64,000 nucleotides of DNA from the IMG/VR virus record IMGVR_UViG_3300033068_001989, positions 96,001-160,000 of that record; one strand, given 5' to 3'. The position numbers and the translations under genes were made by a program. Origin of the DNA: a virus (Duplodnaviria > Caudoviricetes). The notes beneath the pieces were generated by a model. The model did no database searches. It saw only the letters and a program-made list of their open reading frames with translations, and was not told the DNA's origin. Positions 1 to 9,209 of this stretch are shown piece by piece; position 1 is the first letter of the stretch; each line of letters opens with the position of its first letter.

Positions 1-362
1 TTTATATAAATCACAGAAGTTTCAGACATTAGATTTTTATCCTTTATGAATTCTATTTGTTTTATAACATCATCCTTGGTTATTCTATTCTCAGAAAGAC
101 CCCAAGCAAGAACAGTTAATATACCTCTATCGTGAATAAAGTCCGGGATCGTTCCCTTTAGATCCTTAGCTATCTGCATTATCATAAGTTCCTTGCCCAT
201 TGAGAATGAATGTGCTTCTCTATTATCCTTGCTTCTCAATTCAAGTAAGTTGAAATAGCTACCAAAATCAAACTGAAATCTTGGAAGATTCAATTTTGAT
301 TCCATTTCTTTGGAAAGATATGTCTTTCCTGAATTTCTAGGTCCTTCAAATACGTATATCAT
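1..362 (-). CDS. Nucleotide monophosphate (thymidylate-kinase-like) P-loop kinase, partial (runs off window)
   Basis: Not in ORF track. Manual translation from ATG at 362 gives MIYVFEGPRNSGKTYLSKE...FIHDRGILT, with the Walker A and DR motif of the TMPK/dNMP kinase family; open to window edge. Confidence 0.75.
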   Translation of the reverse strand, partial: MIYVFEGPRNSGKTYLSKEMESKLNLPRFQFDFGSYFNLLELRSKDNREAHSFSMGKELMIMQIAKDLKGTIPDFIHDRGILTVLAWGLSENRITKDDVIKQIEFIKDKNLMSETSVIYI

Positions 363-366
363 AAAT

Positions 367-395
367 ATTATAGATGAAAAAAATAATTTAATTTC
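367..395 (-). promoter_or_regulatory. Putative ECF/middle-type promoter GAAAT-N18-TATAAT
   Basis: Motif class recurs upstream of 8 positions with 17-18 nt spacer; here it ends 4 nt before the ATG (near-leaderless). Confidence 0.55.
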
Positions 396-410
396 GACCC
401 TATAAAATTA

Positions 411-447
411 CACAAAAAAAGAAGGATATTTAAAATCCTTCTTTTTT
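411..447 (-). terminator. Intrinsic terminator
   Basis: Stem GAAGGAT/ATCCTTC followed by U-tract and GTG, downstream of the 839-aa gene. Confidence 0.75.
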
Positions 448-465
448 ATTAAAAATAATTATTTA

Positions 466-2985
466 TTACTTTACTTCAACACATTTTAATGGTGATTTTT
501 GTGGGAAATCTTTAAATTCAACAGTATTAATTCTTTTACAGAGATTTGAAACTGCTGGATATATCGTTTTAGTAATTCTTCTAAGGTTCAGAACAACTAT
601 ACCCTTGGATGCCATCATACCGGTACCTGGTTTAAGCCTAATTAATGGGACCAAAGAAGAAAGAGCTTTTTCTTCAGTATAGCCATCGTTATTTTTTTTA
701 TTTAATATTGATACAATCTCAGATCTTTTTGGATTGATTAATGTATCCTTACTAAATGTTAATATCTCTCCGTCACCTGCTTGATCCTGCATCAATCTAT
801 CATCAGCTACTCTCTGACAAATATCTTCAGTTAGAATATTATCAGATACCCATTTAATACAAGGAACGTATTTTTTCTTATCCATATCATACGTTACACA
901 ATTTGATATTGAAACTAGAAGGGTATTTAATAATAAAAATTCATAATATCCCATATCAGGATTAGATGAATCCACATCCAATGCAATTTCAAATGCTCTT
1001 TTAATATCACCCTTCATATTTTCCATGGATATAAAAGGAACCTCTTTATTTGTTAAAATAGTACTTATTCTATTTGCTATGTTTTTAAACTTAGCTTTAT
1101 TTGAAAGTCCAGATATAAACCCACTTAATTCTTTATATTTTTTTTCATGGTTAATATACCCAAGTGTACTAAACTGTAATGCATTATTTTTAAAGAAAAG
1201 GTAGACGTCGTCCTTCTCGTCAACTTTCTCAAATTTTGGCCAGTTAGAAGGTGATTTTAATGAGGTGTCCTTTCTATTTATTCTATATAAACCACCATCA
1301 TTAAAGAAGTATCCATAATCATTAGGTGAAGAAGCTACATCCTCTAATGCTTTCATCCAAGCTTTGATAAACTTGGGATTGTACGAAGGCTTAAGTGATC
1401 CGTCGGTTCTAGTAAAGTTCGTTCCCTCAACATCGATCTTATAAACGCTTCTAAGCTTTTCTGCAAGTTTATTAGCATCAACAGATTTTGTTTCTTCTGA
1501 GTCCCCGTCTTCCTCTCCCTCCTTTGGTTCAGATTTACTCTTATTCTGGGAAAGAGGCTCGCTAGAAATTGTTTCTTTATACTGAGCATCGAGTTCCTTC
1601 TCGAAATCATCATTATTGATTGTTATCTTCTTATTTTCATTTATTTCAGATCCCTTAATAAAATCATCAAATGAAAAAACAGTTGATACACTTTCGTTCA
1701 TTTTAACCTTAGCAACATCGAGTGCTTTATGTATTATTTTTTTATTCTCATCAGAAACCCAATCAGAAGCAAGTATATCAGAAAGCAATGCCTGATCAAT
1801 TTCGCCATTAACATTCTTATTTCCCTCCATTTTCTGTATAGTCGAGATAACAGATTTTGTAGCTGGTCCATACTTACCGTTAGGACCACCTTTAGATTTT
1901 ATTAATTTACCTGCTGCTGGTATACCATCACAAAGAGCTTTTTGTATTGCGAATATTAACCCGCTATCCTTAAATTTATCATCAGCATCAGTATTACCTC
2001 TACTTATAGGAAATAAAGTTTTATTGAAAATTTCTTCCTTCTCCTTATGTTCATCCTTTATAGTAACAAGTGCTGTTGAATATTGTGAATCTGCTCTAGT
2101 CTTTAATAATTTAGCCTCATCGCAAAGTGTATTTACATCACCATAAGCTCCATTAAGTTCCTCGTCATTCTGTATATTTGTAAGTGATTTATCTATTGCA
2201 GCATTTGAAGCTTTAATATACTCTAATCTATACTTATCAACTTGTTTTTCGAGATCATCTAAAGCCTTCTTATCTTTCTCACCAAATGCACCCTTAGAAG
2301 TATCTAAAGATTTTCTTTTCTCATCAAGATCAACAAAAGTAGTCTGCCAATCTCTTCCATATCCATTCTTAGATGTTTTTCCATTCGACGAAAGTATAAG
2401 ATTTGCTAATATTTTTCTAAGATCATCAACTCTACCTTTATATCCAGTGAATATACCGGCCTCGTTTAGCATATCTAATTCCCCATTAAAATAGTAAGAC
2501 TCTGCAATTCCATTTTTTGAATCGTTCTCCTCCTTGGCAGATTTTGCAAGTTGTTCAGTTCTTCTTTGTTTAACCTGAGCACCAGCTTTCATATAATCTA
2601 GTATGAACTTCTCGTTTGCTTTGTTTACTTTACATGCACTTATTAAAGCTTCTGTATATTTCTCAAGTGCTTGTAAATATAAATTTTTTGACTCCGCATA
2701 TGCTGGAGTTTTAACCCCGCTTTCGGCAGAATCGTTTCTAAGTACAGCAACTAAAGATTCTATCGTATCCGCAGAAATTATAGGTGATAGTTTTTCTCTA
2801 CTACCCTCAGGATTTCTTTCTCTTGATGGTGCTATATCAAAAACAACCCTCTGATATATGTCGAGACAAGCATCAGATATTGTTCTTAATACATTATCAA
2901 CAGCTTCATTTTCAAACAGTTTTCCAGATATACTATTTTCGTATATAGCTCTAGCCACCGGATTATTTTTTAAATATTGATTCAT
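466..2985 (-). CDS. Putative virion (internal head) protein with peptidoglycan-binding-like domain
   Basis: 839 aa; AIQKAL...GPNGKYGPATKSVISTIQK resembles PG_binding_1; multiple [ILM]-x-E sites (IYE, LFE, LNE, MNE, INE). Confidence 0.55.
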   Translation of the reverse strand: MNQYLKNNPVARAIYENSISGKLFENEAVDNVLRTISDACLDIYQRVVFDIAPSRERNPEGSREKLSPIISADTIESLVAVLRNDSAESGVKTPAYAESKNLYLQALEKYTEALISACKVNKANEKFILDYMKAGAQVKQRRTEQLAKSAKEENDSKNGIAESYYFNGELDMLNEAGIFTGYKGRVDDLRKILANLILSSNGKTSKNGYGRDWQTTFVDLDEKRKSLDTSKGAFGEKDKKALDDLEKQVDKYRLEYIKASNAAIDKSLTNIQNDEELNGAYGDVNTLCDEAKLLKTRADSQYSTALVTIKDEHKEKEEIFNKTLFPISRGNTDADDKFKDSGLIFAIQKALCDGIPAAGKLIKSKGGPNGKYGPATKSVISTIQKMEGNKNVNGEIDQALLSDILASDWVSDENKKIIHKALDVAKVKMNESVSTVFSFDDFIKGSEINENKKITINNDDFEKELDAQYKETISSEPLSQNKSKSEPKEGEEDGDSEETKSVDANKLAEKLRSVYKIDVEGTNFTRTDGSLKPSYNPKFIKAWMKALEDVASSPNDYGYFFNDGGLYRINRKDTSLKSPSNWPKFEKVDEKDDVYLFFKNNALQFSTLGYINHEKKYKELSGFISGLSNKAKFKNIANRISTILTNKEVPFISMENMKGDIKRAFEIALDVDSSNPDMGYYEFLLLNTLLVSISNCVTYDMDKKKYVPCIKWVSDNILTEDICQRVADDRLMQDQAGDGEILTFSKDTLINPKRSEIVSILNKKNNDGYTEEKALSSLVPLIRLKPGTGMMASKGIVVLNLRRITKTIYPAVSNLCKRINTVEFKDFPQKSPLKCVEVK

Positions 2986-2997
2986 ATCTTTATTAGT

Positions 2998-3258
2998 TTA
3001 TGTTGTAGTAGGCGTAGCTACCGTTTTTGGTTGTTTTTTAATTTCAGCAGAAAGAGCTTTCATCGTATTAGATATCTTAATATGAACTGCTGCTTGCTGA
3101 TCCAGACTCGCTGCTTCAGAAGCAGGATCTCCCTCTTTCTTAATAGATTTTGCATCAGTTAGTTCGTCAAAATTTTGAGATAACTGTAATCTTAATTGCT
3201 GTATCTTTGTTGCCTCGGATTCATCCTCTAGCAGTCTAAATGAATTAAATGTTATCAT
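2998..3258 (-). CDS. Small putative internal head protein
   Basis: 86 aa; N-terminus MITFNSFRLLE resembles T4 capsid targeting sequence; in a late operon. Confidence 0.5.
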   Translation of the reverse strand: MITFNSFRLLEDESEATKIQQLRLQLSQNFDELTDAKSIKKEGDPASEAASLDQQAAVHIKISNTMKALSAEIKKQPKTVATPTTT

Positions 3259-4157
3259 CTTCTAACAACAGTTATTTTTCCTCTAAGATCTCTAATCTTA
3301 TCCATATACTTTTCACGTATCTCCTTAAGTTTAGCTGCTGCACTCTCCTTGGTTGCACCAACACCCTGTTTTTTAGCTATCAGCTCATTGAGAGCATCTC
3401 TTTCAACATCCATTTGTACATAAAGATCATTTCTTTTTCTTATAAGAAAAGAAACTAATTCTCTAACATCACCCTTATCCATAGTTCTAGCATTTTTTGC
3501 AAAATCTGTTATGGACATATTTAAAAACTGTTCCATTTGAGAATCACTTAATCCCGTGGATCCTCCACCAGAAACTGTAGAATTTGGTTCATTTTCTTTA
3601 CCTCTTCCAGTACCACTTATAAGATCACCATACAACTTTCTAAATTCAGAATCCTTTTCCTTAGCCTTTATAACAGTTGCTTTGTATTTATTATATAGGG
3701 ATTTACCTAAAGTTGCATCTGCTAGATTCTTTGCTCTTTTGTACATATCCTCTGCAACTTCAGCATCAACCTTTGTTTTATTGAATTCCCAATATTTCTT
3801 AAGCTTAGTATCGCCATTAATTTCTTGCTTTACCTTGCTCATTATCATATCTATTCTCTTCGCATGTGCTTTCTCGCCAGCTTCTAGAGCATGATTATTT
3901 TTATCTATGAATTTCTCAATTCTTTTAAGCTCAGCAGGATCACTTTTAGTTTGACCTTTTTCGAGATCAAGCTTATCTAATTCGCTTTGTAGCTTCTCCC
4001 ATTCATCAACATAATCGCTCTCGGCAGATCTGTATTCTTCTATTATATCATCGATTTTACCTATAGGTCCACCAAATTTACTACTAAACCAGTTTTTTAC
4101 TTTGTCTATTATACTAGCTTCGTTAATTTGATCCCAATCTTTAAATTTTAAAGTCAT
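3255..4157 (-). CDS. Coiled-coil putative internal head protein
   Basis: 300 aa, helical and charged; N-terminus MTLKFKDWDQINE; resembles the adjacent 391-aa ORF. Confidence 0.5.
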   Translation of the reverse strand: MTLKFKDWDQINEASIIDKVKNWFSSKFGGPIGKIDDIIEEYRSAESDYVDEWEKLQSELDKLDLEKGQTKSDPAELKRIEKFIDKNNHALEAGEKAHAKRIDMIMSKVKQEINGDTKLKKYWEFNKTKVDAEVAEDMYKRAKNLADATLGKSLYNKYKATVIKAKEKDSEFRKLYGDLISGTGRGKENEPNSTVSGGGSTGLSDSQMEQFLNMSITDFAKNARTMDKGDVRELVSFLIRKRNDLYVQMDVERDALNELIAKKQGVGATKESAAAKLKEIREKYMDKIRDLRGKITVVRR

Positions 4158-4160
4158 TGC

Positions 4161-5315
4161 TTATTTATTTATTTTTTCCTTTAGTTTATCTATAATACCT
4201 GTTGTTAATACACCAGATTTACCTATACCTACCGTTGAAAATGCATCTCTAAATGCCTTTAATACCTCACCTTTTATCTGTTTAGCATTACCCGCACCTT
4301 TATTGATTTTATCTATAGCATCTTTAAATTCCTTATTATTTCCAAGGGATTTTTCAATTTCAGCTGCGTTCTTTCCTAGATTTCTAAATGTTGAAAGAAG
4401 TTCCTTCTTATAATCAAGAGCAGTTGCCATTTCTATAAGATCAAGTTTTGCATTTTCTAGATATCTCTCGGTTAGAGGCTTAGTTGATTTTTTTATCTTA
4501 TTGGAAATTTGATTTAGTTTTCTCTCCATGTCAGATTTAATATCTGCTATTTCTTTCTCGAGTTCATTTTTTCTTTTAATTATATCGCCACCCTTTCTTC
4601 TAGATATAATCTTTTTCTCCTTCTCAGCATCAAACGAAACCTCAGCTTTTACTTCCTTAGGTTCCTTATCCTCCTCCTTCTTCATTTGTTCCTCTATCTC
4701 CCTAGCTTTAGCTTCTGCTTCTTCTCTGGCTTTAGCAACTTTCTCCTCATAGGATTTTAATGCTGTCTGATCCTCAGATCTTTCTTTTGCTAGTTTATAT
4801 TCAAGCTCAGCCATTTCTATTTCATTCTCTGCATAACACGATTCCAGATATTCCTTTCTTCTAGAATTTCCATTAACTATTTGCTTTGCAACATCCCTTG
4901 CTTTTTTAAGCTTAAGATTCTGTGCTTTCTCGTATGCATCAAACTCATTAGTTTTAGCTTCTCTCTCCTTAGCTATTGCATCGATTTTTTCTTTATTACC
5001 TTCCTTTGCTAATTGATCTATTTGTTCATCAAATTTAGCTATGGTTTTTCTTAAATCGCTAGCTTTCTGTATAAGATCAAGTTCCAATGAAAGAACTATT
5101 CTTACTGCTTCGTCTATCATACCGACACCAGAAAATGATCCAAGAAGGAATTTAGAGAGTTTATTTGTTAAAAAATTAGCTATTCTTCCTTCGTTTATAG
5201 GAGATATTATTTCTGGGATTTCGATTGATCTTAATTCTTTAAGAAATGATGGGTCAAGATTCTCTATCAAGCCTTCATATTGTTCAAAATCCTCAAAAGA
5301 TGGAATACTTTTCAT
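4161..5315 (-). CDS. Coiled-coil putative internal head protein
   Basis: Likely start MKSIPSFEDF at 5315 (track start 5336 abuts the late promoter motif); LIE/INE sites; directly downstream of the capsid gene. Confidence 0.5.
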   Translation of the reverse strand: MKSIPSFEDFEQYEGLIENLDPSFLKELRSIEIPEIISPINEGRIANFLTNKLSKFLLGSFSGVGMIDEAVRIVLSLELDLIQKASDLRKTIAKFDEQIDQLAKEGNKEKIDAIAKEREAKTNEFDAYEKAQNLKLKKARDVAKQIVNGNSRRKEYLESCYAENEIEMAELEYKLAKERSEDQTALKSYEEKVAKAREEAEAKAREIEEQMKKEEDKEPKEVKAEVSFDAEKEKKIISRRKGGDIIKRKNELEKEIADIKSDMERKLNQISNKIKKSTKPLTERYLENAKLDLIEMATALDYKKELLSTFRNLGKNAAEIEKSLGNNKEFKDAIDKINKGAGNAKQIKGEVLKAFRDAFSTVGIGKSGVLTTGIIDKLKEKINK

Positions 5316-5337
5316 AAATTGATTTATTTTTATCATC

Positions 5338-5345
5338 TATATATC
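5338..5345 (-). promoter_or_regulatory. Putative late promoter GATATATA
   Basis: Exact octamer recurring upstream of structural genes; analogous to T4 late TATAAATA. Confidence 0.65.
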
Positions 5346-5375
5346 ACAGATGTGATTTTTTATTTAAGCTCAACC

Positions 5376-5410
5376 CACAAAAAAAGTCCCAGTAATTACT
5401 GGGACTTTTT
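5376..5410 (-). terminator. Intrinsic terminator after major capsid gene
   Basis: Perfect palindrome AAAAAGTCCCAGTAATTACTGGGACTTTTT plus U-tract and GTG. Confidence 0.85.
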
Positions 5411-5431
5411 GGTATATTTGCTAATCTAAGA

Positions 5432-7162
5432 TTATGCTAAACCACCAGCAGGTACGTTAACATAGAATGTTAAGTACATAGTTTCAGGTAAGAAACCAGC
5501 TTCTACTAATGCATATCTAGATTTAACTGCGATCTTAGGTGACATTGTACCTTCAGAGATTGTCTGAATAGACTCTGCCATCATGTAAGGCATGAATTTT
5601 AATCCTGGTTCGTCATCACCACCTTTTCTTCCAATTAATACTCTCGTATCGTTGTAGTTCATGTTTTGATCTACATATACTGTCATACCAGCAAGAGAAC
5701 CTACAGGGTATAAAGTACCGTTATTTTGAGTTAATGTGTTAGAGAACGGTGCGAAAGTGAACTGAGAAATATCTTGAAGTGCACTTGCTACTGCAGCGTT
5801 AGTAACGATGAAGTTAGCAGGACCTCTTCTACCTCTATTAGCTACTACGTTTGCAGCTGCAAGGATTCTAGAGAATAATCTTCTTTGAAGAGTTGATAAG
5901 TTCTCATATCCACCTGAAGCAGGACCAGCAGGGATTGGCATAGTAACGTTAGCGTCTACTTTATTAATATAAGCAGCAGTTGTACTAGCACCACCGTTTA
6001 TAATAAGGTTTAAGTTTAAGTTTTGTTGTTCAACAGAGTTGAATTGAACGTGGTTAGACCAACCTAAAGCGAATGCTCTTGCTAAGATGTGTTTGTTAAT
6101 AGCTTGAGATACTTCATTAACCAATGCGTTCTCGATCATTGAGATAACGTCGATACCGAATTGTTTGTTAAGATCTTGTATTTGCTCTGTTGTAACAGAA
6201 GCAGCTACTTGGAATGTCTCAGCTTCAACGAATTTAGTGAAAGTTGAAAGACCCATTGAGTTGAAGTATGTAGACTCACCAACACCTCTTAACATTGGGT
6301 TGTAAGTTTTAGTACCATCAACATAAGGACCTTGCCAAGCTTGATCATTAGCGAAACCAGCACCAGAGAATCCTTGGATATGATCTTCTAAAGCTTTAAC
6401 TAATTGAGCAGCATAACCGTTTGGTGAGTAAGAAGCTCCAGTTGATAAAGCAGGACCAACAATACCAAAGTTTGTAAGTGCAGTTGGAGTACCGTTGATA
6501 TAGTTATTGATGTTTGATCCAGCAGCCATACCAGTTACTTGGAAGATTGGGAAACCATCAATTCTAGAAAGACCTACGAATGTTAAGTTTAATGTTCCAA
6601 TATTACCAGTAGCACCAACAGTTGGGAATGAAGCTGCAGTAGCACCTGTAGCACCTGTAGCACCAGATCCGGTATAAACTGGGAATTTAATCATTGTTGG
6701 AGCAGTAGCTAACTGATCAGCAGCTGTTGTAGCAGCACCAGCACCAAGTTTACCACCAGCATAAACGTAATCTAAGTAAGATAAGATACCAGTAGGACCT
6801 GACATAGGGATAACTGGAACGATATCAAAACCGATAGTTTTTGCAGCAACTTGAATTGCTAAAGGCAATAATGATGGGAATTTATCTCCAGATCCTTGCC
6901 ATTGTGTGTTATAGAAACCAGCATTAGCTTGAGTAGATAATGATGTACCACCCATATTCATTCCTGGATAAGCAGGAGGCGCAACGTTACCCATACCATT
7001 AACAACACCTAAAGAGTTATAAGCTCCAGCAGACTCGTTTAATGAGTGATAGTGGCAATATTTAGTTAACCACCCTTTTTTTCCTTCATCTGTGATACCA
7101 GCTTTACTTTCAATAAGCGGTGACCATGTATCGTAGATTTCTTGTTCGTTAATCAATTTCAT
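5432..7162 (-). CDS. gp23: Major capsid protein (T4 gp23-like)
   Basis: Motifs IGFDIVPVIPMSGPTG, TTEQIQDL, NRGRRGPANFIV, GLKFMPY, PKIAVKSRYAL; follows the prohead protease. Confidence 0.93.
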   Translation of the reverse strand: MKLINEQEIYDTWSPLIESKAGITDEGKKGWLTKYCHYHSLNESAGAYNSLGVVNGMGNVAPPAYPGMNMGGTSLSTQANAGFYNTQWQGSGDKFPSLLPLAIQVAAKTIGFDIVPVIPMSGPTGILSYLDYVYAGGKLGAGAATTAADQLATAPTMIKFPVYTGSGATGATGATAASFPTVGATGNIGTLNLTFVGLSRIDGFPIFQVTGMAAGSNINNYINGTPTALTNFGIVGPALSTGASYSPNGYAAQLVKALEDHIQGFSGAGFANDQAWQGPYVDGTKTYNPMLRGVGESTYFNSMGLSTFTKFVEAETFQVAASVTTEQIQDLNKQFGIDVISMIENALVNEVSQAINKHILARAFALGWSNHVQFNSVEQQNLNLNLIINGGASTTAAYINKVDANVTMPIPAGPASGGYENLSTLQRRLFSRILAAANVVANRGRRGPANFIVTNAAVASALQDISQFTFAPFSNTLTQNNGTLYPVGSLAGMTVYVDQNMNYNDTRVLIGRKGGDDEPGLKFMPYMMAESIQTISEGTMSPKIAVKSRYALVEAGFLPETMYLTFYVNVPAGGLA

Positions 7163-7179
7163 GATTTATTTACTTTTTT

Positions 7180-9150
7180 TTATCTTGTTTGAAATTTTTT
7201 CTCTAATGCAGAAGCAATAGCATTCATATATTCGTTAGAATATCCTTGTGATTGCGTTTGTGCATTAGGCATTGCGATATTCTCGCTCTCATCTAATTTT
7301 TGAACTCCAACAGTAGCAGCTCCTAGTTGACGTGTTGACCAGAAGTTTTTCACTTGGTAAGGTGTATCTAATCTATAGAAGTTACTCTGAGCAATAATAG
7401 ATTGCTTGTGTCCCTCGCTAAGTGATTCCCAAACTTGAGTGTATTCTTCAGGCATTGTATCAATAAAATTAAGACCTGTTTTGTTTTTGTTCTCGTTTTC
7501 GTTAAGAACTTCATCTGCCTTTTGTGTGTTGGCTGTTTGCTTCATTGACGCAGAAGCTTCGTTTATATTTGATTCAGTTTTTTGTGTTTTAACTGATTCT
7601 ATCAAACTATCTATACTTGTTGTAAGATCTGTATAATCTCCAGCGAATCCTGATTCGTTTAATCCAGCTGAAGCTGAAAGATCTACATTTTCTCTTAATG
7701 AATCTGTAGCTTTGTGTTTAGTTGTGTTAACTGTTTCAGCTATATATTCTGTGTAAGAGATTGATTTTTTTAATTTTTCTGCTAAGTAATCAGAATAATC
7801 TAAACCTTTATTAACATTTTCTGCTAAGTAATCCGAATATTGTATATTCTTATTAAGACCTTCTGCAAGGTATTCTGAATATTCTATACCATCATTTAAT
7901 TTTTCCGCAAGATATTCAGAGTAAGCTATTCCCTTATCTAAGTTCTCACCAAGATATTCAGAATAAGAAATTCCTTTATCTAAGTTTTCTGCTAGATATT
8001 CAGAGTATTGAATATTCTGATCAAGCTTCTCAGCAAGATATTTTGTATATTCTATTCCTTTGTCTGCAGACTCAGCAACATATTCAGAATAAGAAATTCC
8101 TTTATCTACATTTTCAGCTAGATACTTAGAATAAGAAATATTTTTATCTAAATTCTCAGCAAGATATTTACTATAGTTTATACTTTCGTCTAAGTTTTCA
8201 GCTAAGTATTCACCATATTTAATAGCATTGTCTAAATTCTCAGCTAAATACTCTGAGTATTTTTCTAGTTTAGCAACTCTTTCTTCAAGGTTTGAATTTT
8301 TATCTTCAAAGCTAGATTCTGTTAATACTTGCTTTTGTTCTTTAATTTCTGCAATTTTAGAATTCATAGATTCCATTTCTTTTTTCAAGAAAACGGAATA
8401 TTGATTTAATTCTTCTGCAGTCACAAATTCATTATTCTCCATGAGGATCGTCTTATTTTTATCTGATTTTGATACGAGGTTGTTAAATTCTTCGTTATTT
8501 TCAACTTTATATATCTTCACATCTGAATCATTTTTTAGACCTAATGATTCATTTACACATAGAAGATCGTTGGTAACACTTTTATTTCTCATTTCGAAGA
8601 AATCATCAAAATGATAACCAGCGCTTTCGTATACTCTTTCTAATTGGGCATCCTGAAATCCAGGATCTGCAACTAGATCGTAAGTGAATATTTTTTTAAT
8701 TTGAACTTTCTTATCGTTACCAACAGAACCAGCAGCTCTAGAAGAAATTGAAAGAGGAACTCCAGCATCAACAAGATTTTTAGCTATCTGTCCCATAGGA
8801 GTATCTAAAAGTCTAACTTTGATTTTGATCTCTCTCCCACCTTTATCATAATCAAGCTTTTCTATTATATGAGAAATATTCTTAAGCGAAACATCAAACT
8901 TTTCAGGGTGATCTAATTCGCCAACTAATCTTCTCTGAGCTATTTTCTCATTAAGATAGTTTAAGTGTGGAAGGTATTCGGCTTCTTCGTAAATTCTATT
9001 GTTGTTGTTCTCTTTACCGAAAACAGCAGCAGTACCTTCTAAGACATAATCATTGTTATCGGTCTTTGATGATTCAAGAACCGATGATTGTCTCTCTAGG
9101 ATGAAAACCAATTCTTCGTTTAAATTTTTAGTTGTTGGCATTTTATACAT
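7180..9150 (-). CDS. gp21: Prohead core protease (gp21-like) fused to repeat-rich scaffold (gp22-like)
   Basis: N-terminal NNNNRIY, GELDHP, LDTPMG, ISSRAAG, TYDLVADP motifs of T4-type prohead protease; C-terminal coiled-coil with 14-aa repeats. Confidence 0.88.
   Translation of the reverse strand: MYKMPTTKNLNEELVFILERQSSVLESSKTDNNDYVLEGTAAVFGKENNNNRIYEEAEYLPHLNYLNEKIAQRRLVGELDHPEKFDVSLKNISHIIEKLDYDKGGREIKIKVRLLDTPMGQIAKNLVDAGVPLSISSRAAGSVGNDKKVQIKKIFTYDLVADPGFQDAQLERVYESAGYHFDDFFEMRNKSVTNDLLCVNESLGLKNDSDVKIYKVENNEEFNNLVSKSDKNKTILMENNEFVTAEELNQYSVFLKKEMESMNSKIAEIKEQKQVLTESSFEDKNSNLEERVAKLEKYSEYLAENLDNAIKYGEYLAENLDESINYSKYLAENLDKNISYSKYLAENVDKGISYSEYVAESADKGIEYTKYLAEKLDQNIQYSEYLAENLDKGISYSEYLGENLDKGIAYSEYLAEKLNDGIEYSEYLAEGLNKNIQYSDYLAENVNKGLDYSDYLAEKLKKSISYTEYIAETVNTTKHKATDSLRENVDLSASAGLNESGFAGDYTDLTTSIDSLIESVKTQKTESNINEASASMKQTANTQKADEVLNENENKNKTGLNFIDTMPEEYTQVWESLSEGHKQSIIAQSNFYRLDTPYQVKNFWSTRQLGAATVGVQKLDESENIAMPNAQTQSQGYSNEYMNAIASALEKKFQTR
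7730..8263 (-). repeat. About 13 tandem 42-bp (14-aa) coding repeats, consensus xYSEYLAENLDKGI
   Basis: Directly visible in the translation of 7180..9150. Confidence 0.9.
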
Positions 9151-9164
9151 ATTTTTATGTTACT

Positions 9165-9172
9165 TATATATC
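9165..9172 (-). promoter_or_regulatory. Putative late promoter GATATATA
   Basis: Upstream of the protease/scaffold-capsid operon. Confidence 0.65.
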
Positions 9173-9209
9173 GATTGATATATTGATATTTTTTCGATTT
9201 ATTGGTGAA

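Noticed and set aside
5413-5420. Plus-strand TATATTTG as an antisense host-type promoter against the capsid gene
   Set aside because: Lacks the upstream CGTA box seen in the three supported copies; plausible by chance in AT-rich DNA.
7730-8263. 42-bp periodic repeats as a possible CRISPR array
   Set aside because: Repeats are degenerate at synonymous positions, have no spacers and lie in frame within a protein.
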